32,000 bases of DNA from Promethearchaeum syntrophicum (GCF_008000775.2 NZ_CP042905.2:3630001-3662000), one strand, 5' to 3'. Positions 1 to 9,568 are shown, counted from the first letter of the stretch. The notes: generated by a model from the sequence alone, not told the origin. Program-made: numbers and translations.

Positions 1-1
1 G

Positions 2-25
2 AAAAAAAACCGAGTTATTCTCGGT
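2..25 (-). terminator. Hairpin plus T-tract, terminator-like for the minus-strand ORF 97..1647
   Basis: ACCGAG(9-14)/CTCGGT(20-25) is a perfect 6-bp stem with a 5-nt loop. On the minus strand it is followed directly by T8 (A2-A9 on plus). It lies about 70 nt downstream of the ORF stop. Confidence 0.45.
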
Positions 26-96
26 CAGTGGTCATCTGGACCTCAAAGCAGATGATCATAGCATCGGGTTAATTACTTCTATCTGTAAAAAAAATA

Positions 97-1647
97 TTAT
101 TCTTCGACTAGATTTTTCTTTTTGTTTCTATATTCTTTAAACCACGGAATTGCTAATGTGATGGATGTCAAAATCCCCATAATAACAATATAAAATGGTT
201 GATATTCTACGTATTCGTATCCACTAAGGTCACTTTCATAGATCCAATTGCTCAATAATATAATTAATATATTTGTAATGAATACAATTAAATTAAGAAG
301 CAACGCTCCCAAATTAATATTTTTCTTGAATTTATGTTCCGTGAAAAGTAATCCGAAATTAAGGATTCCGAGTATTATTATTGAGATCGTATAAATTGAC
401 CACCCTTCCATCCAAGACGGAAAAATTCCAATTAACTCAATAAAATATAACATTTTAAGATAATTGTCATCGTTACTCAGTTCTTCTTTTAAATTACTTG
501 AATTTATGAACAATTGAATCAAAGCCATAGCTTGGAACACAATAAACACAATCCCAATAAAAATAAAATGGATGGTAAGTTCTGCACTCCTGAAAGAACT
601 TCCTAAAATAAATTCATAGATAGCAAAAGAGCTTCCCGAAATAATTAATCCATAGAGAATTAGCGGTAAATTAATTTTAATTTTGGAATTATTTTTATAC
701 TTAATAACAATGAAACCAATCACTGCACTTAATATGCTAAAAATTAGAAATTGTTTAATATACAGTAAACCGGCATTATATCCAAAAACGGACACAAAAT
801 TTCCTACTGTAAAATAGAAACTGAAGAATAAAATATTCAATTGATCTTTCTTAGATCCCGAAAGAAGGGAAACTCCAATTCCCAGACAACTGACTACAAA
901 TATCACCAAAAATAATAATTGAGGACTTTCTACTATTTTTATTCCATTACCGAAACCAGTTTCACTCCAATAAGTTAAAGAGAGAATTACCAGAAAACAA
1001 AGATATTGAATTCCAAATAAAATTAAATTTTTACCTTTCTCTTGCTCACGGGGTTTAAGAGAGAGCCAAATAGAAATTATTGCAATAATGATGCTAATTG
1101 ATAGCAGAATATAAAAAATAATTTCGGAAGTTTGATTATATCCCCAAAGAATTCCTACAAGATGTGCAGTGAACATTAGAATGATATCCAGAATCAATAT
1201 TATTATAGAAAAAATCAGCGAAAACTTAATCTCCTTTCCAGCAACCGAGATGCGATATAAAATTGGTTCGGCGGATTTTTCACTTGTTTCTTCCGCCTTC
1301 ATTCCCGATTTAAATTGATTTTTTTTATGTTCCTTTTTACTTATTACAATGATAAACGCTATAAGAATTAAAATCATGGTGACTGCAATTATATAAGGAA
1401 GGAAATCAGCTTGGAAAATATCAGAGAAAAATCTTGAAATAATTTCCCAAAATGAATCAACTCCCAGTCTATATCCTATATATTTCAATTTTAATGAGAA
1501 GTATGCTAGAAAAACATAGGGAATAAATATCATCAAAAAAATGTGTAAATTGTTCTTAAATTGAATTTTTGTTTCATTTTCTTCCGAAGTGTGGGAAGCC
1601 AGTATGGGTGCTTTCGACGCCATAAATGTGATAAACGAAAACGACAA
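97..1647 (-). CDS. Polytopic integral membrane protein, unknown function
   Basis: 516-aa ORF with many hydrophobic helices; no family motif recognised. Confidence 0.75.
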   Translation of the reverse strand: MSFSFITFMASKAPILASHTSEENETKIQFKNNLHIFLMIFIPYVFLAYFSLKLKYIGYRLGVDSFWEIISRFFSDIFQADFLPYIIAVTMILILIAFIIVISKKEHKKNQFKSGMKAEETSEKSAEPILYRISVAGKEIKFSLIFSIIILILDIILMFTAHLVGILWGYNQTSEIIFYILLSISIIIAIISIWLSLKPREQEKGKNLILFGIQYLCFLVILSLTYWSETGFGNGIKIVESPQLLFLVIFVVSCLGIGVSLLSGSKKDQLNILFFSFYFTVGNFVSVFGYNAGLLYIKQFLIFSILSAVIGFIVIKYKNNSKIKINLPLILYGLIISGSSFAIYEFILGSSFRSAELTIHFIFIGIVFIVFQAMALIQLFINSSNLKEELSNDDNYLKMLYFIELIGIFPSWMEGWSIYTISIIILGILNFGLLFTEHKFKKNINLGALLLNLIVFITNILIILLSNWIYESDLSGYEYVEYQPFYIVIMGILTSITLAIPWFKEYRNKKKNLVEE

Positions 1648-1700
1648 TATAGTTAGATCCCTTCATATTCATATGATACCATATGTCACCATATGATGCC

Positions 1701-3050
1701 TTATGATTTTTCATTTGTTTTTTCTATTTTATCATTATGAAGTTCTTTCTTGGTTTTTTCTGCTAAATGGGGGAGAATAAAGGTTACAGCAATCCAATAG
1801 AAAGGGATTAGACATAACTCAACATATATAGAAATCAGGAAGGGTGCTGTGGGATCAATTTTATCCCATGCTAAGCCGCCAAAAAGAGGTCCAGCAATAT
1901 TACCAATATTAATGAATAATTTTTGAAGACCAAAGATTTTTCCTCTATTATTTATAGAAATCCTGCTAAGTAGATTTTGCACTGAGAGCCCAGCAACGGA
2001 TGCAATAGTAGTATCTAGAGTCCACAGAATAGCAATCATTACTAATGAGTCTGTATTAAGGAAGAAATACGTAGTAATAGCCCCAAATACACTTGAAATT
2101 GTGATTGCTAATGCAGGATTAAACCTATCAACAAAACTTCCAATTTTTGGAGCAAGAGTAAATGAAATAATACCACCGGGGAGATAAGCAAATAAGAGTG
2201 CATTTGGATTATTCGAAATATTGTCTAAAATATAGATTTGAATAAAGGGTTGAGCGATCGACCCATTTAAACTCGCTAAGAATAGAACAATTAATAGAAA
2301 TACGAACCCTAAAATTAAAAATTTTGATTGTGAATTTCCATTCTTTTGGAACAATTCCTCAGTGAATGAATCTGAATTTAGATTGTCTTTCCTAAATTTT
2401 ATAGATTCATCAACATTTCGGACAAATTGAGTACCGGCATACATATTTCCTAATCCAAAAAGAATCATTGGAGAGAAAAGCAAAAAGACTGGCCAATTTA
2501 GTCCAGTTCCAAATCCAAAAAGTGTAAACCCAATAAAGGATCCGATCATTACACCTTTTCCCATTTCCTGGTCTCGCTTACCGAAGGCATAACTCCTATT
2601 TTCTCTGTTTGATTTTTCTGAAATCAGAGTGTCAAAGGGAATCCAAAAAAAACCAACCCCAAAACCTAGTGAAAATGTCCCTACACTAAGTAAAGTTAAT
2701 GATTGTGCTAAGGTGGCTATGTAAATGATAAAATATGAGATTCCTCTACCCCAAGACCCAACTAATATTAATTTAGTTTTTGAGAATTTTGAATTATCAG
2801 TTAAGATCCCAACAAATAGAGAAGAAAACATATATCCAAATATTTGTACTGAAGCCAAAAATCCAATTTGAAATCCCGTTGCTGTTAATGTTTCGTTAGC
2901 AATATAAGGAACAAGAAATGTAATATAGAACAGTCCTAAACTATTATAAAACACTATTTTTATCATTGAGTTAAAATCTTCAGTAGTTTTTGGAAGCGCC
3001 TTTCTGTCAGCTGTTGTTATTTCGTCTATAATTTTGGGTATATCGGTCAT
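1701..3050 (-). CDS. Major facilitator superfamily (MFS) transporter
   Basis: 449 aa with about 12 hydrophobic segments; MFS-like pattern (GFQIGFLASVQIFGYMFSSLFVGILTD...). Confidence 0.75.
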   Translation of the reverse strand: MTDIPKIIDEITTADRKALPKTTEDFNSMIKIVFYNSLGLFYITFLVPYIANETLTATGFQIGFLASVQIFGYMFSSLFVGILTDNSKFSKTKLILVGSWGRGISYFIIYIATLAQSLTLLSVGTFSLGFGVGFFWIPFDTLISEKSNRENRSYAFGKRDQEMGKGVMIGSFIGFTLFGFGTGLNWPVFLLFSPMILFGLGNMYAGTQFVRNVDESIKFRKDNLNSDSFTEELFQKNGNSQSKFLILGFVFLLIVLFLASLNGSIAQPFIQIYILDNISNNPNALLFAYLPGGIISFTLAPKIGSFVDRFNPALAITISSVFGAITTYFFLNTDSLVMIAILWTLDTTIASVAGLSVQNLLSRISINNRGKIFGLQKLFINIGNIAGPLFGGLAWDKIDPTAPFLISIYVELCLIPFYWIAVTFILPHLAEKTKKELHNDKIEKTNEKS

Positions 3051-3140
3051 TGGTATTTCACGTTTCTTTTTAAAATCTCAATAATCACTATGAGGTTATG
3101 TCAATAGATAATACTTCAACGTAGTTACTGCCATTTGTTA

Positions 3141-3800
3141 TCAAATTAAGAAAGTACAATCTTTAGCATAGAAAAGCAATAATCCACTTTTAAATTTCAC
3201 TTTTATTGACCCATTTGCTACATTACTCAAAGTCAAAGTTGATGAGAGTTCTACAGTTTTATTCTTTAAATCATAATTACTTCCTGTTATTGATACACCA
3301 GTGCATTTACTAAATGGGATTAAAGAAAAAATCGTGTTTGGTTTTAATTCTATGATTGATTCAGAATCAGATTCTAACGCCCATAAAACACCATTAGGGG
3401 TTAAAATTTTAATGAAAATTGGTTTTTTAAATAATAACAATGCATTAAATAGAAAATGATCAAGCCGCGCACCGCTGCTGTTTAGAATTATCATTTCTTG
3501 GAATTTTCTTTTCAATGCGAAATCAATGGCTAATTCAGTATCAGATTTATCCTTATCACTTTTAAATCTTAAAATTTTATCATTAGAATATTTTTTTAAA
3601 ATATCGGGCTCAACCGAATCAAAATCTCCAATTATTTTTGAGATTGGGATTTTAAGTTTATCGCAAATCTCAAGACCCTTATCGATTGCGTAAATCGTGT
3701 CTTTTCTCACATCAATTATGTTTTCTTTAACGAATTTCAAATATTCATAGTTAATTTCTGGTGAACCACTAATTAAGAAAGCTCTTGGATATGATTTCAT
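3141..3800 (-). CDS. Thiamine pyrophosphokinase-like protein
   Basis: GDFDSV and DKSDTELAIDFAL motifs plus the GARLDHFLFNALLL segment typical of thiamine pyrophosphokinase; adjacent to a ThiBPQ-like ABC transporter. Confidence 0.8.
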   Translation of the reverse strand: MKSYPRAFLISGSPEINYEYLKFVKENIIDVRKDTIYAIDKGLEICDKLKIPISKIIGDFDSVEPDILKKYSNDKILRFKSDKDKSDTELAIDFALKRKFQEMIILNSSGARLDHFLFNALLLFKKPIFIKILTPNGVLWALESDSESIIELKPNTIFSLIPFSKCTGVSITGSNYDLKNKTVELSSTLTLSNVANGSIKVKFKSGLLLFYAKDCTFLI

Positions 3801-3864
3801 CGAATAAAGAAAAAATGAAAACCATTTAAAATATCTTATTTTTTAAATCTAATGTGAAAAAAAT

Positions 3865-4251
3865 ATGGAAACAACTAAATCAGTTCTTAGTTCACTCGTG
3901 AGTCTGCTTCGAACATATGGTCACAGATTGCTTGCAGAATTAACGGATGAAGAAATACATTGGGTACCTTCTCAAACCAGAGGACGTTCCATTTATAGTT
4001 ATTTCCTCCATTTGATCAATTCAGAATACTATTGGTTCAAGGATTTTGGTTTTTCAACCCCAGAATACCTTGGGAAAGATGCACCTTTTGACGAGCTTTT
4101 GCAGAGTTATAATGATCTGGAGAACTATCTGATCGAAACGATTCATAATATACCAGATGATCAATTTTTTTTACCTACTAAATTTTTGGAAATTAGTATT
4201 TTTAGGAAAAACTATAACATCTATTTTTTATTTTATGAAATTGTTACTTAA
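3865..4251 (+). CDS. DinB/YfiT-like four-helix protein, apparently truncated at the C-terminus
   Basis: RGRSIYSYFLHLINSEYYWFKDFG resembles the DinB-superfamily first metal-ligand helix. The ORF ends (LFYEIVT*) where an HxxxH-containing helix would be expected. Confidence 0.45.
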   Translation: METTKSVLSSLVSLLRTYGHRLLAELTDEEIHWVPSQTRGRSIYSYFLHLINSEYYWFKDFGFSTPEYLGKDAPFDELLQSYNDLENYLIETIHNIPDDQFFLPTKFLEISIFRKNYNIYFLFYEIVT

Positions 4252-4358
4252 AGCAAACAAACTTGAAGGAAAACTCTTCGGGATGAGTTTTTCGATTTTA
4301 AATTAAACTCGAAAGCCATTTATAGCATCTCTTTTTTTTATTCACATGTGGAAACACA

Positions 4359-5567
4359 ATGAAAAAAAATTATACTTTTTTATCGATTTTACTATTACTT
4401 CTAGTGGTAAGTTCACAGATTTCAGTAAAAAGTGAAGAAATTCAGAGTGAGACGAAACTAACGATATATACTTATGATTCCCTTCTAGATGATCCTGGTT
4501 ACGATTTTATAGGAGCGTTTGCAAATCATTCTGGGATATTGAAGGAAGAAATTAATCTTGTGCTCTTATCAGATGCCAACCAAATTGTAACACAAATGGC
4601 GTTGGAAAAGGATAGCCCCGTTGCAGATGTAGCAATAGGTATTGATAATGTTCTTATCCATAGTGCAAAAAGAGATAATTTGTTAACGCCTTATATCTCC
4701 CCTGAATTAGCAAATATATCCTCAGATTTGATAGATAACCTCGATTCTGAAAAATTTGTTCTACCCTATGATTTTGGTATAATAGCTTTATATTATGATA
4801 TGAATCGAATAAATTCAACTACAAATCCAGAGATTACGAATATAACTTTAGAGGAAATTATTGAGTTCGATTTGGATAAAAAACTAATTGTTGAAGATCC
4901 AACTCTGAGTTCACCAGGATTAGGTTTTCTTCTATGGACGATTGCAATTTATGGTGATCCTACAATTAATTTCAACGGAACCTTAGGTTTAGATTGGCGT
5001 GATTGGTGGAAAACAACAAAGGATGATTTGAGGATTGCCCCAAGTTGGACCGCAGCTTTTGGGGAATGGTATGAGGGGGAAGAAAATCGCCCAATTATGG
5101 TTTCATATGGAACAAGTCCAGCATATAGTGCTTGTCAATATAATGATACATCTCAAGGCGCCTTTTTATCTCATGAAAATGGAACGCAAAACGGATGGTT
5201 ACAAATCGAAGGAATTGGGCTCGTGAATAACGCCCCTCATGAAGATCTTGCCAAGAATTTTATAGATTGGTTCTTAAGTAAAGAACTCCAAGACAACATT
5301 GCGGAAAATAATTGGATGTATCCCGCAAATGATTACGCTGAAATCTCAACTAGGTTTAATGAATCATCAATTAATCCCGATGATGTTAACATTTTAAATT
5401 CACTAATATCTTCGGAAACAATAGGAACAAATCTCGAGATGTGGAAGGGAGATTGGGAAACCATTATAAGTTCAGACCTTAACATTAGCGGATATAGTTC
5501 AATTTTCTTCATTTTTGCTTCAATAGGAGCAATAGCGTATATACAAAAGAAAATAAAGAGAAATTAG
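4359..5567 (+). CDS. thiB: ABC transporter substrate-binding protein, thiamine-binding (ThiB/TbpA)-like
   Basis: N-terminal signal sequence; TKLTIYTYDSLLDDPGYDFI..., VLPYDFGIIALYYD and LGLDWRDWW segments resemble the TbpA family; C-terminal TM anchor; followed by permease and ATPase genes. Confidence 0.7.
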   Translation: MKKNYTFLSILLLLLVVSSQISVKSEEIQSETKLTIYTYDSLLDDPGYDFIGAFANHSGILKEEINLVLLSDANQIVTQMALEKDSPVADVAIGIDNVLIHSAKRDNLLTPYISPELANISSDLIDNLDSEKFVLPYDFGIIALYYDMNRINSTTNPEITNITLEEIIEFDLDKKLIVEDPTLSSPGLGFLLWTIAIYGDPTINFNGTLGLDWRDWWKTTKDDLRIAPSWTAAFGEWYEGEENRPIMVSYGTSPAYSACQYNDTSQGAFLSHENGTQNGWLQIEGIGLVNNAPHEDLAKNFIDWFLSKELQDNIAENNWMYPANDYAEISTRFNESSINPDDVNILNSLISSETIGTNLEMWKGDWETIISSDLNISGYSSIFFIFASIGAIAYIQKKIKRN

Positions 5568-5608
5568 AAAAATCGAAAATAAGAAAATCTAAAGGTTAAA
5601 ATTAATAC

Positions 5609-7351
5609 ATGAAAAATTCAAAGCCGAATTCGAAAATTAAGACTGAAGGCTTATTAAATAAGCTGATTGTAGGGATAGTTATTACAGCCTTAATTTCTTT
5701 TTTACTCACTTTTTTTTATTTACCAATTGTTAAAATCTTAAATTTTGCGTTAATTCAAGAGGGTTCATTCACATTCGATATTTTTTGGTCGACTCTCACT
5801 TCTTCATTAAATCTTAATGCTATTGCCTTTACTTTTATTCAATCACTACTTACGACATTTATTTGTATGTTTTTAGGATTTCCAGTCTCATTTTTTTTAG
5901 CTAAATATTCCTTTAAAGGGAGAAAATTGATAATAAATCTATTAACTGTTCCGTTTGTGTTACCATCAATTGTAGTTTTACTCGGTTTTATAATTTTATA
6001 CGGTGAAGGAGGTTTTATCAACCAAATTTGGATAAATATTGCTGGAGTGCCTTTAATCAATTTGTACGGAAGTATTGAAGGCATTGTACTTGCTCATTCC
6101 TTTTATAATATTTCAGTAATAATCCGAATGATGATCCCAGCTTGGGAAAATCTTGATCCGAATTTAACTGAAATTTCCAAGACACTTGGAGGAAAAAACT
6201 GGATGATATTCTGGAAAATTATGTTTCCCCAAATCAAAAACTACCTGATCTCAGCCGGTTTGTTGGTATTTACCTACACTTTCAACAGCTTTGCTCTTGT
6301 CTTGTATCTTGGTGAAGTAAAATTCCAAACCTTGGAAGTAAGAATTTTTAAACTGATGAGGAATACTTTAGATTTTCCTGCAGGGGCATCTTTAGGAATT
6401 TTACAACTGTTTTTTAATTTAATCATAATAATTCTCTATATAATTTTTGAAAAGAAAACTAGGGCCATGGCTTCTGGAAAAGATAACATATATCACCATG
6501 AAAAAATTGTTTTTTTAAAATCAAACTGGAAAAAAACTTTAGGAGAAATAATCCTCATAATTTTTACAATTCTCATAATTCTTTTCTCAATTTCACCTAT
6601 GATTGCAGTTTTCATTACTTCTCTTACTCCGAATACCTTAGGTGGTTCTCCATTTTGGGGATATACAAGTTTATTATCAAATGATTATGATACTCTACTT
6701 GGAGCACCTCCTTCAAGATTACTTCTAAATACATTAACATTTGCCTTTCTAACCACATTAATTACTTTGATTTTCTCAATCGGAATTGTTTTTATACTCA
6801 GAAATCGCTTGCAGCGCGTAAATAATTATAAAAAATCAGTTATTGAAAACATAATATCACTAGCAATTATTCTACCAATGGGTACTTCATCGATTACATT
6901 AGCAATGGGGTTATTTCTTCAACTGAAAGATAGTGCCGTTTTTAAAAATTATGTGTGGATATTAATTGTTCTCGCTCATGTTTTAATTAGCGTCCCCTTT
7001 GCAACGAGATCTATTTTATCAGCCTACAATCGAATTGATACTGATTTGCTTAATATTGCTTCTACGTTGGGGGCATCCAGATTAAGAATATTTTGGAAGG
7101 TAGAATTGCCCATGATAAAATCAGGGTTAATAGTTGCAGGAATTTTTTCATTTGCTATAAGTCTTGGTGAGTTTGGTGCCACCAATTTCTTAGCTCGGGC
7201 AGAATACGGGACATTATCATTAGGAATTTCAAAATTATTATCTTCACGAACAATGCAACTCCCGGCTTCAATGGCTAGCATTTTAATCATCGTAACTTTT
7301 ATTTGCTTTTTTTTAATTCAAAAAACAGGAGAAAAAGATTTGAAATTTTAA
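5609..7351 (+). CDS. thiP: ABC transporter permease, ThiP-like (two fused permease halves)
   Basis: 580 aa, polytopic; two EAA-like loops (GGKNWMIFWKIMFPQIKNYL and GASRLRIFWKVELPMIKSGL). Confidence 0.75.
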   Translation: MKNSKPNSKIKTEGLLNKLIVGIVITALISFLLTFFYLPIVKILNFALIQEGSFTFDIFWSTLTSSLNLNAIAFTFIQSLLTTFICMFLGFPVSFFLAKYSFKGRKLIINLLTVPFVLPSIVVLLGFIILYGEGGFINQIWINIAGVPLINLYGSIEGIVLAHSFYNISVIIRMMIPAWENLDPNLTEISKTLGGKNWMIFWKIMFPQIKNYLISAGLLVFTYTFNSFALVLYLGEVKFQTLEVRIFKLMRNTLDFPAGASLGILQLFFNLIIIILYIIFEKKTRAMASGKDNIYHHEKIVFLKSNWKKTLGEIILIIFTILIILFSISPMIAVFITSLTPNTLGGSPFWGYTSLLSNDYDTLLGAPPSRLLLNTLTFAFLTTLITLIFSIGIVFILRNRLQRVNNYKKSVIENIISLAIILPMGTSSITLAMGLFLQLKDSAVFKNYVWILIVLAHVLISVPFATRSILSAYNRIDTDLLNIASTLGASRLRIFWKVELPMIKSGLIVAGIFSFAISLGEFGATNFLARAEYGTLSLGISKLLSSRTMQLPASMASILIIVTFICFFLIQKTGEKDLKF

Positions 7352-7382
7352 AATTCAAATTATCACAGAATGTGTTGCTAAC

Positions 7383-8486
7383 ATGACCTACTTAAAACTT
7401 CAGAATATTCACATGAAATACCAAAATGAATTGATAATTAATGATCTTAATTTAAATGTTGAACGCGGAGAACTTTTAATCCTATTAGGCTCAAGTGGAT
7501 GTGGAAAAACAACATTACTCAAAATTATTGCAGGTTTAATTCACCCTGAACAAGGTTTAATTATGATTGAAGATCAAGATATTACAAATTTTTCTCCACA
7601 AAAAAGAGAAATTGGTTATGTCCCTCAGTCCCAAGTTCTATTTCCCCACCTAAACATCAAGGAAAATATTGCATTTGGACTTCGCGCTAGAAATAAAGAA
7701 AATTCTAAAGAAGAAATTGAGCAAAAAATCCAAGAAGTTGCTAAATTAGCTCAAATCGAAGATATTTTATCTCGTTTTCCAAGTGAAATTAGTGGAGGGC
7801 AAAAACAGCGAGTTGCCCTAGCTAGAGCTATAGTTATAAATCCAAGATTACTTTTACTTGATGAACCCTTATCAAGTATTGATGCAAACGGTCGCGAATC
7901 CTTAGCATTAATGATAAAACGAATCCAAAGAGAAACAAAAACAACTACAATTTATGTCACACACAATCAACAAGAAGCTCGTTTGATTGCTGATAAAGTT
8001 GCTATAATGTATGATGGGATAATACAACAATCAGGAACCATGACAGATATCGATATCCATCCGATGAATTTCCAGATCGCTAACATAATTGGAAAACTCA
8101 ATATTTGGAAAGTATATTCGCAAAAATTTGAACAAGGACAGCTAATTATTTCGAGTCCTCTCGGTGATATAACAATTGCTTCTAAAGAAGAGAAAAAAAT
8201 AGCAGGAATTCAAATTCACCCCAGTAAAATCAAAATAGCTAATGAAAATGAAAACTTCGACATGAAATTCTCAGAGCAGATTTTAGTAATTAAAGGGAAA
8301 ATAATCTCCATTATTCAATTAAAAAGTAAAATATTTCAAATAATTATCCAAATCAATGAAAATCAATTAACTAAGCCATTTATCTACATCAAAATGCAAT
8401 TGCTGGATCAAAATTTAATTAAAAATCTAACAATTAACCAAGATATTAAACTTAAAATAGATCCAAAGGATATAATTCTTTTTTGA
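7383..8486 (+). CDS. thiQ: ABC transporter ATP-binding protein (ThiQ/PotA/FbpC-type)
   Basis: Walker A GSSGCGKTT, signature ISGGQKQRVALARA, Walker B RLLLLDEPLSSID, H-loop VTHNQQEA. Confidence 0.85.
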   Translation: MTYLKLQNIHMKYQNELIINDLNLNVERGELLILLGSSGCGKTTLLKIIAGLIHPEQGLIMIEDQDITNFSPQKREIGYVPQSQVLFPHLNIKENIAFGLRARNKENSKEEIEQKIQEVAKLAQIEDILSRFPSEISGGQKQRVALARAIVINPRLLLLDEPLSSIDANGRESLALMIKRIQRETKTTTIYVTHNQQEARLIADKVAIMYDGIIQQSGTMTDIDIHPMNFQIANIIGKLNIWKVYSQKFEQGQLIISSPLGDITIASKEEKKIAGIQIHPSKIKIANENENFDMKFSEQILVIKGKIISIIQLKSKIFQIIIQINENQLTKPFIYIKMQLLDQNLIKNLTINQDIKLKIDPKDIILF

Positions 8487-8529
8487 TTTTTATCTACTTC
8501 AGAGTTATTGTGAAACAAATCCAAAGATA

Positions 8530-9261
8530 CTAAATTGCTAAATTCTTGAGTCTTTGTTGAAGATCTTCTAAAAACGGTTTATAATAATCCTGAGTTTCAG
8601 ATAATTTTTCTATTTGAAGTAACGATCTATCGTAAGCCCATTTTACTTTATCTAAAAGACCCATTTCCTCGTAATTTAAACCCAAGTAATAAAATGCCAA
8701 TGGATAATTAAAGTCGATTTTGACAAGTTTCATTAATTGTTGTATCGCCTGTCCATGTTTCTTCAGTTTATAAAATGCATAGGCCAAAAAAAATAGAATT
8801 TTTGGATATCGGGGGTCCCTATTAGCAAATTTGTAGATGTCAATCATATCCCAAAGTAAATTGAGCGCCTCCGTATATTTCTCCACGGAAATTAATTTTT
8901 CCATACGTTCAAATTTCTCCAAATACTCTGGATCTTCTTCTTGGGATGCTTGTTTCAATTTTTCTTTTTTTGCTTGGAGTTCCTGCTCTCGTTTCTCCGC
9001 TTCTTTACGATCTTTTTCCAGTTGCTCCAAATATTCATTAAATACATTAATAACGTGGGTATCGTACTCCTCAAAACATAAAGGGCACTTTGTACTATGA
9101 GAAATCCACTTTTTTAAACACTCATAATGAACTAAGTGCCCATTCGGGCAACCAACAAAATTTTTTGTAACATGTTCCCTTCCAAAATGTGATAAATCAA
9201 TCGGTCCATGGCAAATGCAGCATTGCATAACTTTGGCATTGGAAGTATCAAGTTTACCCAT
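8530..9261 (-). CDS. RING-H2 zinc finger protein with coiled-coil and TPR-like C-terminus
   Basis: C14-x2-C17...C38-x3-H42-x2-H45-x2-C48-x10-C59-x2-C62 (CCIC...GCPNGHLVHYECLKKW...KCPLC), charged helix, then TPR-like repeats (YPKILFFLAYAFYKLKKHGQAIQQLMKLVKIDFNYPLAFYYLGLNYEEMGLLDKV). Confidence 0.8.
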   Translation of the reverse strand: MGKLDTSNAKVMQCCICHGPIDLSHFGREHVTKNFVGCPNGHLVHYECLKKWISHSTKCPLCFEEYDTHVINVFNEYLEQLEKDRKEAEKREQELQAKKEKLKQASQEEDPEYLEKFERMEKLISVEKYTEALNLLWDMIDIYKFANRDPRYPKILFFLAYAFYKLKKHGQAIQQLMKLVKIDFNYPLAFYYLGLNYEEMGLLDKVKWAYDRSLLQIEKLSETQDYYKPFLEDLQQRLKNLAI

Positions 9262-9353
9262 TTTCTTATAATTTTATAATGGAACGGTTGGAAAAAAAGA
9301 AATCGAAATCTTATTTCATCCCTGAAATCATAAAATTTTTTTGTTAAAACACG

Positions 9354-9363
9354 TTTATTTAAA
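9354..9363 (+). promoter_or_regulatory. Candidate archaeal TATA box for the tRNA gene
   Basis: TTTATTTAAA about 22-31 nt upstream of the predicted mature tRNA 5' end (9385). Confidence 0.3.
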
Positions 9364-9384
9364 TCACTTAAGGAATTTTATGAA

Positions 9385-9482
9385 AGGTCCGTCGTCTAGC
9401 CTGGATATGGCGCTGGGTTGCGATCCATAACGTAATTGTGGCAAACACCCAGTTTTCGAGGGTTCAACTCCCCCCGGACCTA
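9385..9482 (+). tRNA. tRNA-Arg (anticodon GCG) with a 23-nt intron at position 37/38
   Basis: Acceptor AGGTCCG/CGGACCT (7/7 bp); T8; D-arm GTCTAGCCTGGATATGGC; anticodon stem CTGGG/CCCAG (5/5); intron 9424-9446; 5-nt variable loop; T-arm GAGGG-TTCAACT-CCCCC (one A-C mismatch). Spliced anticodon loop TT-GCG-AA. A20 and C35 fit Arg identity. Confidence 0.75.
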
Positions 9483-9568
9483 CTAACTCCTTCTTTTTGG
9501 ATTTTGAGAGTATAAATCTAAAAAAATTTCTTGAAGAGGACTCACCTACCTATGGGGCGATTTTTTCT

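Noticed and set aside
4252-4358. Possible TPP riboswitch ahead of thiB
   Set aside because: No CTGAGA-type or GAACCTGAT-type conserved THI elements found; only a short AT-rich hairpin is present.
5035-5226. 63-aa ORF overlapping thiB in another frame
   Set aside because: Nested within a strongly supported CDS; no independent support.
9418-9447. CAT triplet in the tRNA intron (CCATAA) plus the A1-U72 pair, suggesting an initiator tRNA-Met
   Set aside because: It would require removing two tiny segments with no BHB support. A single 23-nt intron at 37/38 gives a normal 7-nt loop TTGCGAA, and A20/C35 fit Arg.
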